This document shows, in pieces, positions 29,855 to 39,288 of a DNA stretch of 64,000 nt. Position numbers and translations under genes: made by a program. The stretch lies in NCBI GenBank assembly GCA_050014195.1, contig JBEKDT010000007.1:32001-96000 (forward strand), written 5' to 3'. Under the pieces are notes generated by a model. That model worked only from the letters and a program-made list of their open reading frames with translations, was not told where the DNA came from and made no database searches. Position 1 is the first letter of the stretch. The number at the start of each line of letters is the position of its first letter. Origin of the DNA: Desulfomonilia bacterium. Lineage in GTDB: Bacteria > Desulfobacterota > Desulfomonilia > UBA1062.

Positions 29855-31472
29855 CAAGATCGATCTTGCGAATGTCCCGGAGGCCTCCACCATACCGATG
29901 AGGCGAATGAGGCTTTCGGTGGTCTGGATCATTCCGCTCCTTGCTGCAATCGTCGCCTTGGGGATAGCGGTTCAGCGGATCATGACAGAGGGGCCGACTA
30001 TCACCATAATCTTCAATCAGGCCGAGGGTATTGAGGCGGGGAAAACCTTTGTTAAATACAAGGAAGTCAACATCGGCCAGGTGACGAAAGTAAAACTTTC
30101 AAAAGACTTCCGGAAAGTTGTGGTCACTGCGAAGATTGATAAAAGTGCGGCAAATCTCCTTGTTGATGATGCAAGATTCTGGATAGAGCAGCCACGCGCC
30201 ACCTTGAGCGGAGTATACGGCATCGGTACGCTGCTGTCAGGCAACTACATAGGATTGGAACCCGGAAAGTCCAAAAGTCAAAGGCGTGAGTTCACAGGCC
30301 TCGAGGTACCGCCAGCGATCACAATTGATCAGCCGGGCAGACGGTTTGTGTTGCAGGCTGACAGTTTCGGCTCGATAGGGAACGGCTCCCCTTTGTATTA
30401 CCGGCAGTTGAATGTGGGACAGGTGATCGACTATGATCTTACGGAGGGCGGGGGGGCAGTCAAGATGGAGATCTTCGTGCGCGCGCCTTACGATAAATTC
30501 GTCACAGATCAGACTCGTTTCTGGCAGTCCGGCGGCATCGACGTGTCTCTTGGGACAGAGGGTTTTTCCGTTCATACTCAGCCGGTATTGTCGATGTTGA
30601 TCGGCGGGATCGCCTTTGAAACGCCCCTCTCTGCTGTTAATCCCAAGCCTGCAGCCGAGAAAGCCGTCTTTAAACTCTTCAGCAACCGTACCGAGGCACT
30701 GGCGAATCCCGAAACGATTGTTTCGTATTACGTCCTGTATTTCAACGAGACGTTGCACGGACTCAATGTTGGTGCACCCGTTATGTTCCTCGGATTACCA
30801 ATAGGCGAAGTCACAGCCGTGGGTCTCGACTATAACCCAGATACGAATATTATTCGACCACGTGTTGACATAGTAATATACCCAACACGGTTCCTGAAAC
30901 ACGTGAAGAACCCATCTGATCTTTATGCAAGGGTCCAGAGCAAGACAGGGCGACATGACTTAATTCAAAATGCGACAGACCGAGGCTTCCGGCCCCAGTT
31001 GCGAAATGCGAATCTGTTGACAGGACAGCTCTATGTCGCATTTGACATCTTTCCGGATGCACCCAAGGTGAGTATTGACTGGACCAAGTCTCCAATTGAG
31101 CTGCCGGTGGTGTCGAGCGGTATGCAGGATTTGCAGAACAAGATAAGCAGCATTCTGGCCAAGATCGATAAAATCCCGATCGATGCCATTAGCGAAGATA
31201 TGAGGAATTCCCTTGCAAGGCTCAATGGGATGGTTCAGCGTATCGACGGAGAAACCCTCCCAGAGTTTAAAACCACGCTTGAAGAACTCAAGCGGGTACT
31301 CTCAAATACCAATGCCACGATGGTCGGCAAGGATGCGCCGACGCAACAGCAACTTCGAGAGACTCTCCAGGAGATCACAAAAGCTGCTCAGGGTGTCAGT
31401 GGACTCACCGAATATCTCGAGAGAAACCCCGAAGCCCTCATTCGAGGAAAAGCAGAGGAGAATCCACGATGA
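29847..31472 (+). CDS. pqiB: PqiB MCE/MlaD-domain intermembrane transport protein
   Basis: VWIIP TM, three MCE domains, TLLSGNYI, NLLTGQLYV, LERNPEALIRG. Confidence 0.92.
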   Translation: MTDKIDLANVPEASTIPMRRMRLSVVWIIPLLAAIVALGIAVQRIMTEGPTITIIFNQAEGIEAGKTFVKYKEVNIGQVTKVKLSKDFRKVVVTAKIDKSAANLLVDDARFWIEQPRATLSGVYGIGTLLSGNYIGLEPGKSKSQRREFTGLEVPPAITIDQPGRRFVLQADSFGSIGNGSPLYYRQLNVGQVIDYDLTEGGGAVKMEIFVRAPYDKFVTDQTRFWQSGGIDVSLGTEGFSVHTQPVLSMLIGGIAFETPLSAVNPKPAAEKAVFKLFSNRTEALANPETIVSYYVLYFNETLHGLNVGAPVMFLGLPIGEVTAVGLDYNPDTNIIRPRVDIVIYPTRFLKHVKNPSDLYARVQSKTGRHDLIQNATDRGFRPQLRNANLLTGQLYVAFDIFPDAPKVSIDWTKSPIELPVVSSGMQDLQNKISSILAKIDKIPIDAISEDMRNSLARLNGMVQRIDGETLPEFKTTLEELKRVLSNTNATMVGKDAPTQQQLRETLQEITKAAQGVSGLTEYLERNPEALIRGKAEENPR

Positions 31473-32062
31473 AAAGACCAGCACACATACTAACATTTAT
31501 AGTAATTGCTTATCTAATCACGGGATGCGCATCGTCTTCACCGTCACGTTTTTATACACTGAATTCCACTGTAGCACCGTCCGTGTTACCGCAGACTAAA
31601 TACTCGGTTTCAGTAGGTCCCGTCTCAGTACCGGCCGCCATCGATCGACTGCAAATAGTTGTTCGGACCGGTCCGAATCAGGTGTTCATCAACGAGTTTG
31701 ACCGTTGGGCCTCACCGCTCAAGGACGATATCGGGCGTGTCGTGGTTGATAACCTCGTTTCACAGCTTGGAACTACGCAAGTATCCACATACACCCAGGC
31801 GACGGCCGCAGGTGCATCATATCGCGTCATGATCGACGTTCTGCGTTTCGATTCGGAACTCGGTAAAGCAGCTACCCTGGATGCTCTTTGGACTGTGAGT
31901 TCCGTGAAGGATGGTAAGTATTATTGGGGTCGCACAACGCATACCGAAGCTACGCAAGGTGACGACTATGCAGCCCTTGTTGCGGCGCATAGCCGCACAC
32001 TCGGTCAGTTGAGCACTGAAATTGCCAAGATAATCGAGGAGATGGAAGCCCAAAAGCCTTGA
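31469..32062 (+). CDS. pqiC: PqiC family lipoprotein
   Basis: LITGC lipobox, FYTL, VGPVSVP..DR, RWASPL; third gene of the operon. Confidence 0.9.
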   Translation: MKRPAHILTFIVIAYLITGCASSSPSRFYTLNSTVAPSVLPQTKYSVSVGPVSVPAAIDRLQIVVRTGPNQVFINEFDRWASPLKDDIGRVVVDNLVSQLGTTQVSTYTQATAAGASYRVMIDVLRFDSELGKAATLDALWTVSSVKDGKYYWGRTTHTEATQGDDYAALVAAHSRTLGQLSTEIAKIIEEMEAQKP

Positions 32063-32078
32063 CACATTCTATTCTGAG

Positions 32079-32300
32079 CACTTCGCTGATCACGAGAGAG
32101 GATTAAGGGCCAAGATATTTTTACTGGTTAAGATAGAAAGACCGACATCATCAATGTACTTACAACCATGACAATTTATGATTCAGAGTGGAAAGCGATA
32201 TCTCTTGATAAAATTACAGAAAGTCAATCGATGAGAGTGAATTACATTATAATTAAAGAAGGGTTCCTAGTAGCACTATCCTTTAAGCCTGTTTATTTGG
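32079..32300 (+). pseudogene. Decayed paralogue of the 55965-56353 lipoprotein
   Basis: TIYDSEWKAISLDKITESQSMRVNYIIIKEGFLVALSFKP aligns to TIYGPDWKAISLEKLTVGQQVRVHYITNKEGFQVAKSIKP; contains a frameshift and a stop. Confidence 0.75.
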
Positions 32301-32522
32301 TTATAAGCAAAAGGTTTTGTCTCAAACACCCTTCCACTTAGCCATTATTTCAGTATAGCAAATTGTTCTCTATGATATTCCAAGTTGTCTAGTAGAAGTC
32401 CTACTTGATTTGAAATTTGTTGAGTGATGTTTGGATCTTGTGTCAGAGGCAACTAACTGAGTTGGGATTTTAAAACCATATATAACATTTGATACATTAA
32501 TATGGAGTGCCTAGCTGCATAG

Positions 32523-32563
32523 GTTTCAACACAAGATTACCAGTTTTCAGAGATTTCAAAACC
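32523..32563 (+). repeat. Dispersed intergenic repeat, copy 1 (GTTTCAA-N28-AAAACC core)
   Basis: Ungapped 41-bp alignment with the copies at 34099, 35867 and 37294. Confidence 0.85.
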
Positions 32564-32711
32564 GTGATGAGATCGAAGAATCTTCAATCTTGGCTAATCG
32601 TAATGTGTGGAACTAAATCTTCACATAGGTATATTATTTCAAAGCCTCCAGGTTGGCACATGATATATGATTTCGTGATATGGATATGCGCTATTCAGAG
32701 GAGAACTAATT

Positions 32712-33800
32712 ATGGGAACGATACCATTGAGGTATTTGATGATAGTCCTTCTCGTCATAAACTTATTTCTTTCGTCTTGCATAACAGAGCATGAGCTCTA
32801 TCAATCAGCAAGCGGCGAAAAGGAGTTGCCTAAATGGCGCATCCTGTCAAGGGCTCGAGAAGAATTCGGGCCATATACTCAATGGAAGGAAGCCCTGATA
32901 AAGGAGCTCATAGACGGCAGCCGGATTGTTTATACCAAGATGGGTCCTGTAGAATATTCCATCAATGGAGAAAGCGGGCCATACCTTATCGTCATGCACG
33001 GAGCCCCGGGCGGATATGACCAGACAGCTGCCCTGTTCAGCGATATGTTCGGTAAAGGGTTGCGTATCCTCAGTTGGTCTCGGCCCGGCTATCTCCGTAC
33101 CCCCTTACAAGACGGGAATATGTATGAAGAGCAGGCCGACGTTGCAGCCGCCCTTATGGATAATTTAGGCATTAAGCGGGCTTCTGTTCTCGGGTATTCT
33201 GCCGGAGGACCGGTGGCTGTCTATTTTGCTACCCGGTACCCCAAGCGTATCTGGGCGCTTATCCTTGAATGTGCAGTGACCCAGAAATGGGTTGTCAGTT
33301 CCGAGAATCTGGAGGAAAAGATCTACTTCGGATACCTGATGTACAATGATCCTTTCCTCTGGACTTCCGAGATCACCGGACGGATTGCACCACGGCTCAT
33401 CGGTATGTCGACTATCGAGATGGAAAGCACTCTTGATAAAGCGGCAGCACAGAAGCTGATGGATGATATTATGCATGATCCGCGAAGGGTGAAGGTGCTC
33501 AAAGACCTTATGAACAGCATGAGCCCTGGAAACCTCCGCAGAGATGGCATGGAGAACGATGTGGAGCAGCTCAAGAAGGTGAAAGACCTTCCTCTCGATA
33601 AAATCAAGGCGCCTACCTTGATTATCCATGGGACCGACGATGCAGATGTCTCAGTTGCAGATGCAGCGCTTGCATCCAATACAATACCCAATGCGAAGTT
33701 ATATCTCGTGCATGGTGGGTTTCATGTCATGGCCCTGACAGATACGATTGATGAGATAACTGAAAAGAGGGTCATGTTCTTAAAAAAATACTCCCCTTAA
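32712..33800 (+). CDS. Exported alpha/beta hydrolase
   Basis: Possible lipobox LSSC; HGAPGG, GYSAGG nucleophile elbow, HGTDD, GGFH. Confidence 0.88.
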   Translation: MGTIPLRYLMIVLLVINLFLSSCITEHELYQSASGEKELPKWRILSRAREEFGPYTQWKEALIKELIDGSRIVYTKMGPVEYSINGESGPYLIVMHGAPGGYDQTAALFSDMFGKGLRILSWSRPGYLRTPLQDGNMYEEQADVAAALMDNLGIKRASVLGYSAGGPVAVYFATRYPKRIWALILECAVTQKWVVSSENLEEKIYFGYLMYNDPFLWTSEITGRIAPRLIGMSTIEMESTLDKAAAQKLMDDIMHDPRRVKVLKDLMNSMSPGNLRRDGMENDVEQLKKVKDLPLDKIKAPTLIIHGTDDADVSVADAALASNTIPNAKLYLVHGGFHVMALTDTIDEITEKRVMFLKKYSP

Positions 33801-34098
33801 TGAGAACCTGGGGGAGAGATGAGTATCATTTCTGCAGAACTATTCACCTTGGTTAAAATTTATATTTAACATGTATGTTCATGTGGTATATCGCTGGGTT
33901 CAATCTCTAACTATCAACTGTAGATCCCTACGATAACTTATGGGTTTAACAAGACCTGAGAAACCGTAGATTTTGCCAAGGCCAATAGTTATTCCAGACC
34001 ATAGCTTATTTTCCATAACCTACGAAAAAGAGGGGCATGCAGAAGTGAAGATTACATACCAGATGTCACGCTCTGATATAGAGCGCCTTGTAGCATAG

Positions 34099-34139
34099 GT
34101 TTCAAAACAAGATCTTCAGTTTTCTTTCATCTTAAAACC
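34099..34139 (+). repeat. Dispersed intergenic repeat, copy 2
   Basis: 41-bp core; similarity to copy 3 extends about 85 bp upstream (CCATAA...GGGCATG...ACATACCAGATGT.ACGCTCTG). Confidence 0.85.
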
Positions 34140-34252
34140 TTGAAGAAATCGCATTTATCTACAATTGACCATCAAAGATTGAGACCACCGCAGGATGTGT
34201 GGTTTAGCTGTTTCATGAATAACTCTTTCATCATTCTGTAATCTGCCCATCC

Positions 34253-35728
34253 TTACACCACTCTCTTAAAGTCTATATATCCACGTTCCACATTAGTATG
34301 GACCAGTTTCACGCGGATCCGGTGGCCGACATCCAGGCCTTTAAAACCACTCTCCAGTCTTCCCTCGATGGGTAGGTGCAGAAGACGGACCCACGTACCT
34401 TTTTCCGCTGCGCCGGTTACAATGGCATCAAACTGTTCCCCAATCCTCGATTCGAGCAATATTGCTGCTGCGGATTTTGTGACCTGCCGTTCTACTTTTT
34501 TAGCTGTGTGTTCTGCTTCGGTGCAGTGCTTGGCGAGTTCAGCCAACTCGTCGTTTTCGTAAGGTCGGGCACGTCCCGAAATAGCCGCTTTCAGCAACCG
34601 TTGGGTAATAACATCGGGGTATCTGCGGTTCGGTGCGGTGGAGTGTTCGTAATCCTTGACTGCAAGACCGAAGTGCCCGGCGACACTGCCTTCCGGAAGT
34701 TGGATGACATATTCACCCGGACCAAGGAGTTTGATGACGCTGAGAGAGAGATCGGGAAAGCGGAGAGGATCAGCAGCTTTCGCCGATACTAAGAATTGCT
34801 CCAGTGCCTTTGCGTTGGATTCCTTGGGCAACGCTAAGCCCCGCTCTGCGGCAAGCTCGATGATCCGATCCCAGCGTTTGGGTGTGCGAACCGCACGCCT
34901 CAGCGACGGGAACTTTTTAGAAGCGAGGTATCGTGCGGTAACGCCGTTAGCCGCGATCATGAACTCCTCAATAATTTCTGTGGCCCTGTTCTTCTTTTCT
35001 GCTTCCAAGTCCTTTAGTTTATCTCCATCAAAGACCGGACGTGCTTTTATTGTTTCGAGGTCAAGCGCACCATGCAGGTGCCTAAGTGCTTTCAGTTTCT
35101 GGGCCACGAGGTCCTGAAGTCGAAGGTTCTCGTCAAGCCCCTTAACCGCGTCGATCCCTTGCGGCATCGGGCCATTACCTTCAATCCAAGCAGCAACACT
35201 ATTGTAAGCAAGCTTGGCCCGATTACAGACTATCGCACCATAGAGGTCTGAACTCTGGAGCGATCCATCCCCTGTGAGAACCATTTCAATGACCACGGCA
35301 AGGCGGTCTGATTCATAGTTGAGAGAGGTAAGATCCGTGGAGAGTTTCTCTGGCAACATCGGAAACGTCCCGCCAACGGTATAGACCGAGGTTGTGTTTT
35401 GCCGTGCATGATCGTCAAGTGCCGATTGCTTCTTGACGAGTGCATCCACGTCGGCAATGGCGACATAGATCTTTGCGGACTCATTGGGCATGGATTCGGC
35501 AACGGTAAGCTGGTCCAGATCCAGCGAATCATCGTTATCGATGGAGCACCAGAGAAGGTTCCTGAGATCACGTGTCGATTCCTCAGTTCGCATCGCTGGA
35601 GCGTTGATTCCATCGAGTTCGGCGATTGCCTGGGGCGGAAAATCTGGAGCAAGGCCTCTTTCAAGCATAGCCCAATGGGCAATTCTTTGTAGGGTCGAGC
35701 GGTGTTGCCTGTCGTCGGTATTCGTCAT
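34253..35728 (-). CDS. RNB-domain (RNase II/R family) ribonuclease
   Basis: SIDNDDSLDLDQ, AIADV, EEFMIAAN, HFGL...HSTAPNRRYPD, C-terminal S1-like domain. Confidence 0.9.
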   Translation of the reverse strand: MTNTDDRQHRSTLQRIAHWAMLERGLAPDFPPQAIAELDGINAPAMRTEESTRDLRNLLWCSIDNDDSLDLDQLTVAESMPNESAKIYVAIADVDALVKKQSALDDHARQNTTSVYTVGGTFPMLPEKLSTDLTSLNYESDRLAVVIEMVLTGDGSLQSSDLYGAIVCNRAKLAYNSVAAWIEGNGPMPQGIDAVKGLDENLRLQDLVAQKLKALRHLHGALDLETIKARPVFDGDKLKDLEAEKKNRATEIIEEFMIAANGVTARYLASKKFPSLRRAVRTPKRWDRIIELAAERGLALPKESNAKALEQFLVSAKAADPLRFPDLSLSVIKLLGPGEYVIQLPEGSVAGHFGLAVKDYEHSTAPNRRYPDVITQRLLKAAISGRARPYENDELAELAKHCTEAEHTAKKVERQVTKSAAAILLESRIGEQFDAIVTGAAEKGTWVRLLHLPIEGRLESGFKGLDVGHRIRVKLVHTNVERGYIDFKRVV

Positions 35729-35866
35729 AATCTCACCTTTCTGGAATAATAGCTAATTGGGCTCAGCCGTTGATTATGTACCATAATCAACGCAAAAGGT
35801 GGGCATGGAAAATCATAGATAACATACCAGATGTGACGCTCTGGCATGAAGTGATAAGTTTCGTAT

Positions 35867-35907
35867 GTTTCAACACATGATCTTCAGTTTCCAGGCATCT
35901 TAAAACC
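35867..35907 (+). repeat. Dispersed intergenic repeat, copy 3
   Basis: 41-bp core plus upstream extension. Confidence 0.85.
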
Positions 35908-36001
35908 GATATGAATCGAAGAAAACTCAAAGTCTTGCGTCGATGATGGTCGCAAATAATTTGCCTTAGAGTGAAAATTTGCACCAATGTTCTTAGTACA
36001 C

Positions 36002-37048
36002 TTAGTGGGAGGATTTGAATATATTATACGTATCCGGATAGGTCGAGTTCAGTAGTTTCATTCCAGATTCAAACCTCTTTACCCATCCTTTTCCTCGTGA
36101 TCGTAATGATTCCATCGCCATCGGGAGATCTCCAGGCCTATCTTCTATAAGGAGTTTTATGAGTTGAGATGCCTGGAAGAGATCTTTTGTGGCTTTGATG
36201 CTGCTCGAAACCGGACGCTCCCCGGAAATCAGAAGTTTATGGACAGCGAATCTTGCAGGATCTGGTATGCTCACTAAAATTCCTCCCCCGTTTGTCACAG
36301 CTGCCTGTATCTGAGATTCTATGAGATAATCGAGGTACATGAGAGGTTGTGCTGCAGTCTTTAACCTCGGGATAAAAATAGGTGTTACCTGGTCAGGTTT
36401 TTTTGCAGGAGTGAGAACATCAACTCTGAGTTCCTTACCTCGGATATGAAATGACGTTGAGGGATGTTTATGATTCAAAGGGGGAATAGGCAGAAAACCC
36501 ATCTGGAGGCTCTCGAGAACCCCTGGAACGTCAGTTGAGAGGTCAGGGACAGCAACTTCCATATGTAATGATCCAGCGATGTCAATATCCTGAGTACGGA
36601 GAGAAGGCTTCTCCCATTTAACTCCGAGGGTATTGCCCATGATTAGAAATGCATGGGTACCGATAAGAACACCGCCTAATTTGAAAAAACCACTATCGGA
36701 TAATGCCTTCAATACCCTGGCCGTTTCTGGATCAGTGATATTTGCACCGCCAATGCGAAGCTGACTGCATAGCCTATTGATGTTATCGACTTCCTCCTTA
36801 ACATTTTGGCGATCGCTGATATAATTTTCAATAAAGCTGTCAATTACAGGACTGCGGGGACCTATATAAATCTGGCGTGCCACACCTCCTGGCTCGCTCG
36901 ACTGGAAATAGCAATACTCTTTTCCCTTAACAGGTTTAACAGTAAAACAGCCTGATAGACTCCCAATCGATCTATGCGCTTCCGCGATAATGAGTTGTTC
37001 TACAAGCTCGGCATAAAGTGTTTGAGTAACCAGGGGTATTCTATTCAT
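36002..37048 (-). CDS. GSU2403-family nucleotidyltransferase-fold protein
   Basis: LIGTHAF...RTQDIDIA, VDVLTP, PDPARFAVHKL, KDLFQA. Confidence 0.8.
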   Translation of the reverse strand: MNRIPLVTQTLYAELVEQLIIAEAHRSIGSLSGCFTVKPVKGKEYCYFQSSEPGGVARQIYIGPRSPVIDSFIENYISDRQNVKEEVDNINRLCSQLRIGGANITDPETARVLKALSDSGFFKLGGVLIGTHAFLIMGNTLGVKWEKPSLRTQDIDIAGSLHMEVAVPDLSTDVPGVLESLQMGFLPIPPLNHKHPSTSFHIRGKELRVDVLTPAKKPDQVTPIFIPRLKTAAQPLMYLDYLIESQIQAAVTNGGGILVSIPDPARFAVHKLLISGERPVSSSIKATKDLFQASQLIKLLIEDRPGDLPMAMESLRSRGKGWVKRFESGMKLLNSTYPDTYNIFKSSH

Positions 37049-37084
37049 AGTTATACGTAGAGTGTCATAATTCTATGTATAACT
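37049..37084. promoter_or_regulatory. Inverted-repeat operator abutting the start codon
   Basis: AGTTATACGTAGA-N10-TCTATGTATAACT (12/13 complementary). Confidence 0.6.
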
Positions 37085-37293
37085 CAAGGATGAAGTTTAT
37101 TCTTTTCATTGTGTGTGCTTGCATTTGTATATCCTTATGCCCGCAATCATTGTTTGTTCTCTGCTCACATTAAGTGATTTTATCCGAGTTCTATGCTCAA
37201 ATTAAATGCGAATAGGAAAATATAAATTATCAACATAGGCATCATAAAGGGCATGCCAAAACACACGCTCTGATGTAGTGCATTGCTGGATAT

Positions 37294-37334
37294 GTTTCAA
37301 CTCAAGATCTTCAGTATTCAGACCTCATAAAACC
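37294..37334 (+). repeat. Dispersed intergenic repeat, copy 4
   Basis: 41-bp core plus upstream GGGCATG and ACGCTCTG. Confidence 0.85.
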
Positions 37335-37489
37335 GAAATGAAATGCGGTTATGTTTTCTTAGGCTTGTAGATAAGTTTTCTACTTCAAGGTATTATTTAA
37401 TTTATTATAGTTACCTTATTCCGCCCCATCTGGCGCTAAACCTTATCTCAAAAATACAAAAAGTTCTGGGTAGAGCTTCTGGAGGTTTA

Positions 37490-37771
37490 TCAGGTCTTGC
37501 CATTTACCCGGTCTCTCATATCTTTGCCGGTTTTAAAGAAGGGCAGGGTCTTTTTCTTAACCTGAATTTTCTCGCCACTCTTTGGATTTCTCCCGGTATA
37601 GGGTTTGTAATCCCTCATGACAAAGCTTCCGAACCCACGAATTTCGACCCGCTGCTTGCCCTTCATGGCAATAATCATGGCATTGAGGGTGGAGTTCACC
37701 AAGGCCTCTGCCTTTTTCGGGTGGAGAGCCATTCGCATGGAAAGTTCTTCAATCAGTTCCGATTTGTTCAT
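37490..37771 (-). CDS. Integration host factor beta / HU family protein
   Basis: MNKSELIE, EIRGFGSF, GRNPKSG, PFFKTGK. Confidence 0.92.
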   Translation of the reverse strand: MNKSELIEELSMRMALHPKKAEALVNSTLNAMIIAMKGKQRVEIRGFGSFVMRDYKPYTGRNPKSGEKIQVKKKTLPFFKTGKDMRDRVNGKT

Positions 37772-38080
37772 GTATCTCCTCCAACTTTTGTATAATTATT
37801 CATAGATTATAAAGACATCCATGCACATGTCAAGGAATTATGGCTGACCCCCCAGGAACGGATGAGGGTAAAGGTACCCAATATTTTTTACAGAGAACAT
37901 TCGACAATACTAAAAAAATCAAAGTTCTCATAATTTGAGCTAGATCGCATTCTTTGTGAATGAGATTGCATCTCCAAATTGACCTGAGAGAAATGCAGTG
38001 AGCAAATGCATTAATAGCTATACAAAAGGTATCTTTCCTATAGCGATATGTGTTATAGTGATTATCTGAGAGGGGTTGGA

Positions 38081-39142
38081 ATGGGTGAAAATCAGCATCA
38101 AATCGCTATACGAAATAATTCTTATGAGATCAGCATCCCTGAAGGTGATCAGGACACCTTATACTTCTGGCTGAAAAATTATCTCGAGCATGCCGTCACT
38201 ACCGCAGAGAACTCCCGCAAAGTTCAGGTGAGGGACCTATCGCTCTTCATCCGGTTCGCTGAAAAAGAAGGCGCTCTCATGAGATCGGTGTGGACTCCCA
38301 GGTTATCCCGGGCGTTCATAGACTTCCTGAGGACAACCCTCAGGTCCGGAGGACAACGGTACTGGGCAGACAGGACTATCAACCGGATCCTGGCGCACGT
38401 GAAGACCTTTGCGAAGTGGATCCACAAGCTTGCTCCTTTTCCGCTTGGGAACCCCATGGGGAATATCAGGCTCATGGGGGTAGGGGAGAACCTCGATATC
38501 GAACGGGCATTCTCCGATGGCGAACGTCGCAAGCTGCTCGATGCTGCAGACCTTCTGCCTTCGGTCTGGGGGAAGAGTAGGGACCGTAGGAGAAATAAGA
38601 ATACTGAACCTGTGGCCAGGCCCAGGAGGAAGTACGCACGCCCATGGCGCAACCGGGCCATGATGTATACCTTGATCGAAACCGGCATGCGCAGGGCTGC
38701 ATTAGTGAATATCAATATCAGTGACATTGACTGGGATCATCATCTTATCATTACAGTAGAGAAGGGTGGGTATTCCCATTCCTATTCAATCAGTGATCAG
38801 GGATTGAAGGCGATCCTAGATTATCTGGCCGATGAGCGTGAAGTGGATAAAGGAGAGGGATTGAATGCTCTGTTCCTGCCGGCAAGTACCATCCGGAACA
38901 GCAGTGGCCGTCTTACACCCCTCGTGGTCAACCATGTATGGGACGAGGTGTGCACTCTTGCCCAGGTCTCAGGTAAAACACCGCACTCTGCCCGGCATGC
39001 TATGGGGAGGCACATTATTGAGAAGACCGGGAACATTGCTGCAGTCCAGAGGCAGCTTGGGCATAGGAATGTAGCTTACTCGGTGCAATATGCGAGGGTG
39101 TCAAATAAAGAGTTGAGGGATGTGCTGAACAATAGATCTTGA
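38081..39142 (+). CDS. Tyrosine recombinase/integrase
   Basis: Complete catalytic set R (ETGMR), K (EKGG), HSAR, LGH, Y (VQY); N-terminal SAM-like domain; start trimmed to MGEN. Confidence 0.92.
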   Translation: MGENQHQIAIRNNSYEISIPEGDQDTLYFWLKNYLEHAVTTAENSRKVQVRDLSLFIRFAEKEGALMRSVWTPRLSRAFIDFLRTTLRSGGQRYWADRTINRILAHVKTFAKWIHKLAPFPLGNPMGNIRLMGVGENLDIERAFSDGERRKLLDAADLLPSVWGKSRDRRRNKNTEPVARPRRKYARPWRNRAMMYTLIETGMRRAALVNINISDIDWDHHLIITVEKGGYSHSYSISDQGLKAILDYLADEREVDKGEGLNALFLPASTIRNSSGRLTPLVVNHVWDEVCTLAQVSGKTPHSARHAMGRHIIEKTGNIAAVQRQLGHRNVAYSVQYARVSNKELRDVLNNRS

Positions 39143-39288
39143 TTTCTAAATTCAAAGACTTGCGCAAGAGAATACTCCTTACTCCTCTATTTTTAGCAGG
39201 AATGATGTTGATATCCGTCGGCTATGGCCTCTCACCTCGGTTGGAACGAATACCTGCGGTGCTTATAATTTTATCCTCTACCCTTTAT

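Noticed and set aside
32523-37334. CRISPR array or classical integron attC array
   Set aside because: Intervals are 1.4-1.8 kb and copies are degenerate, with no cas genes. Arms are GTT...AAC rather than RYYYAAC...GTTRRRY, and no IntI patch is evident.
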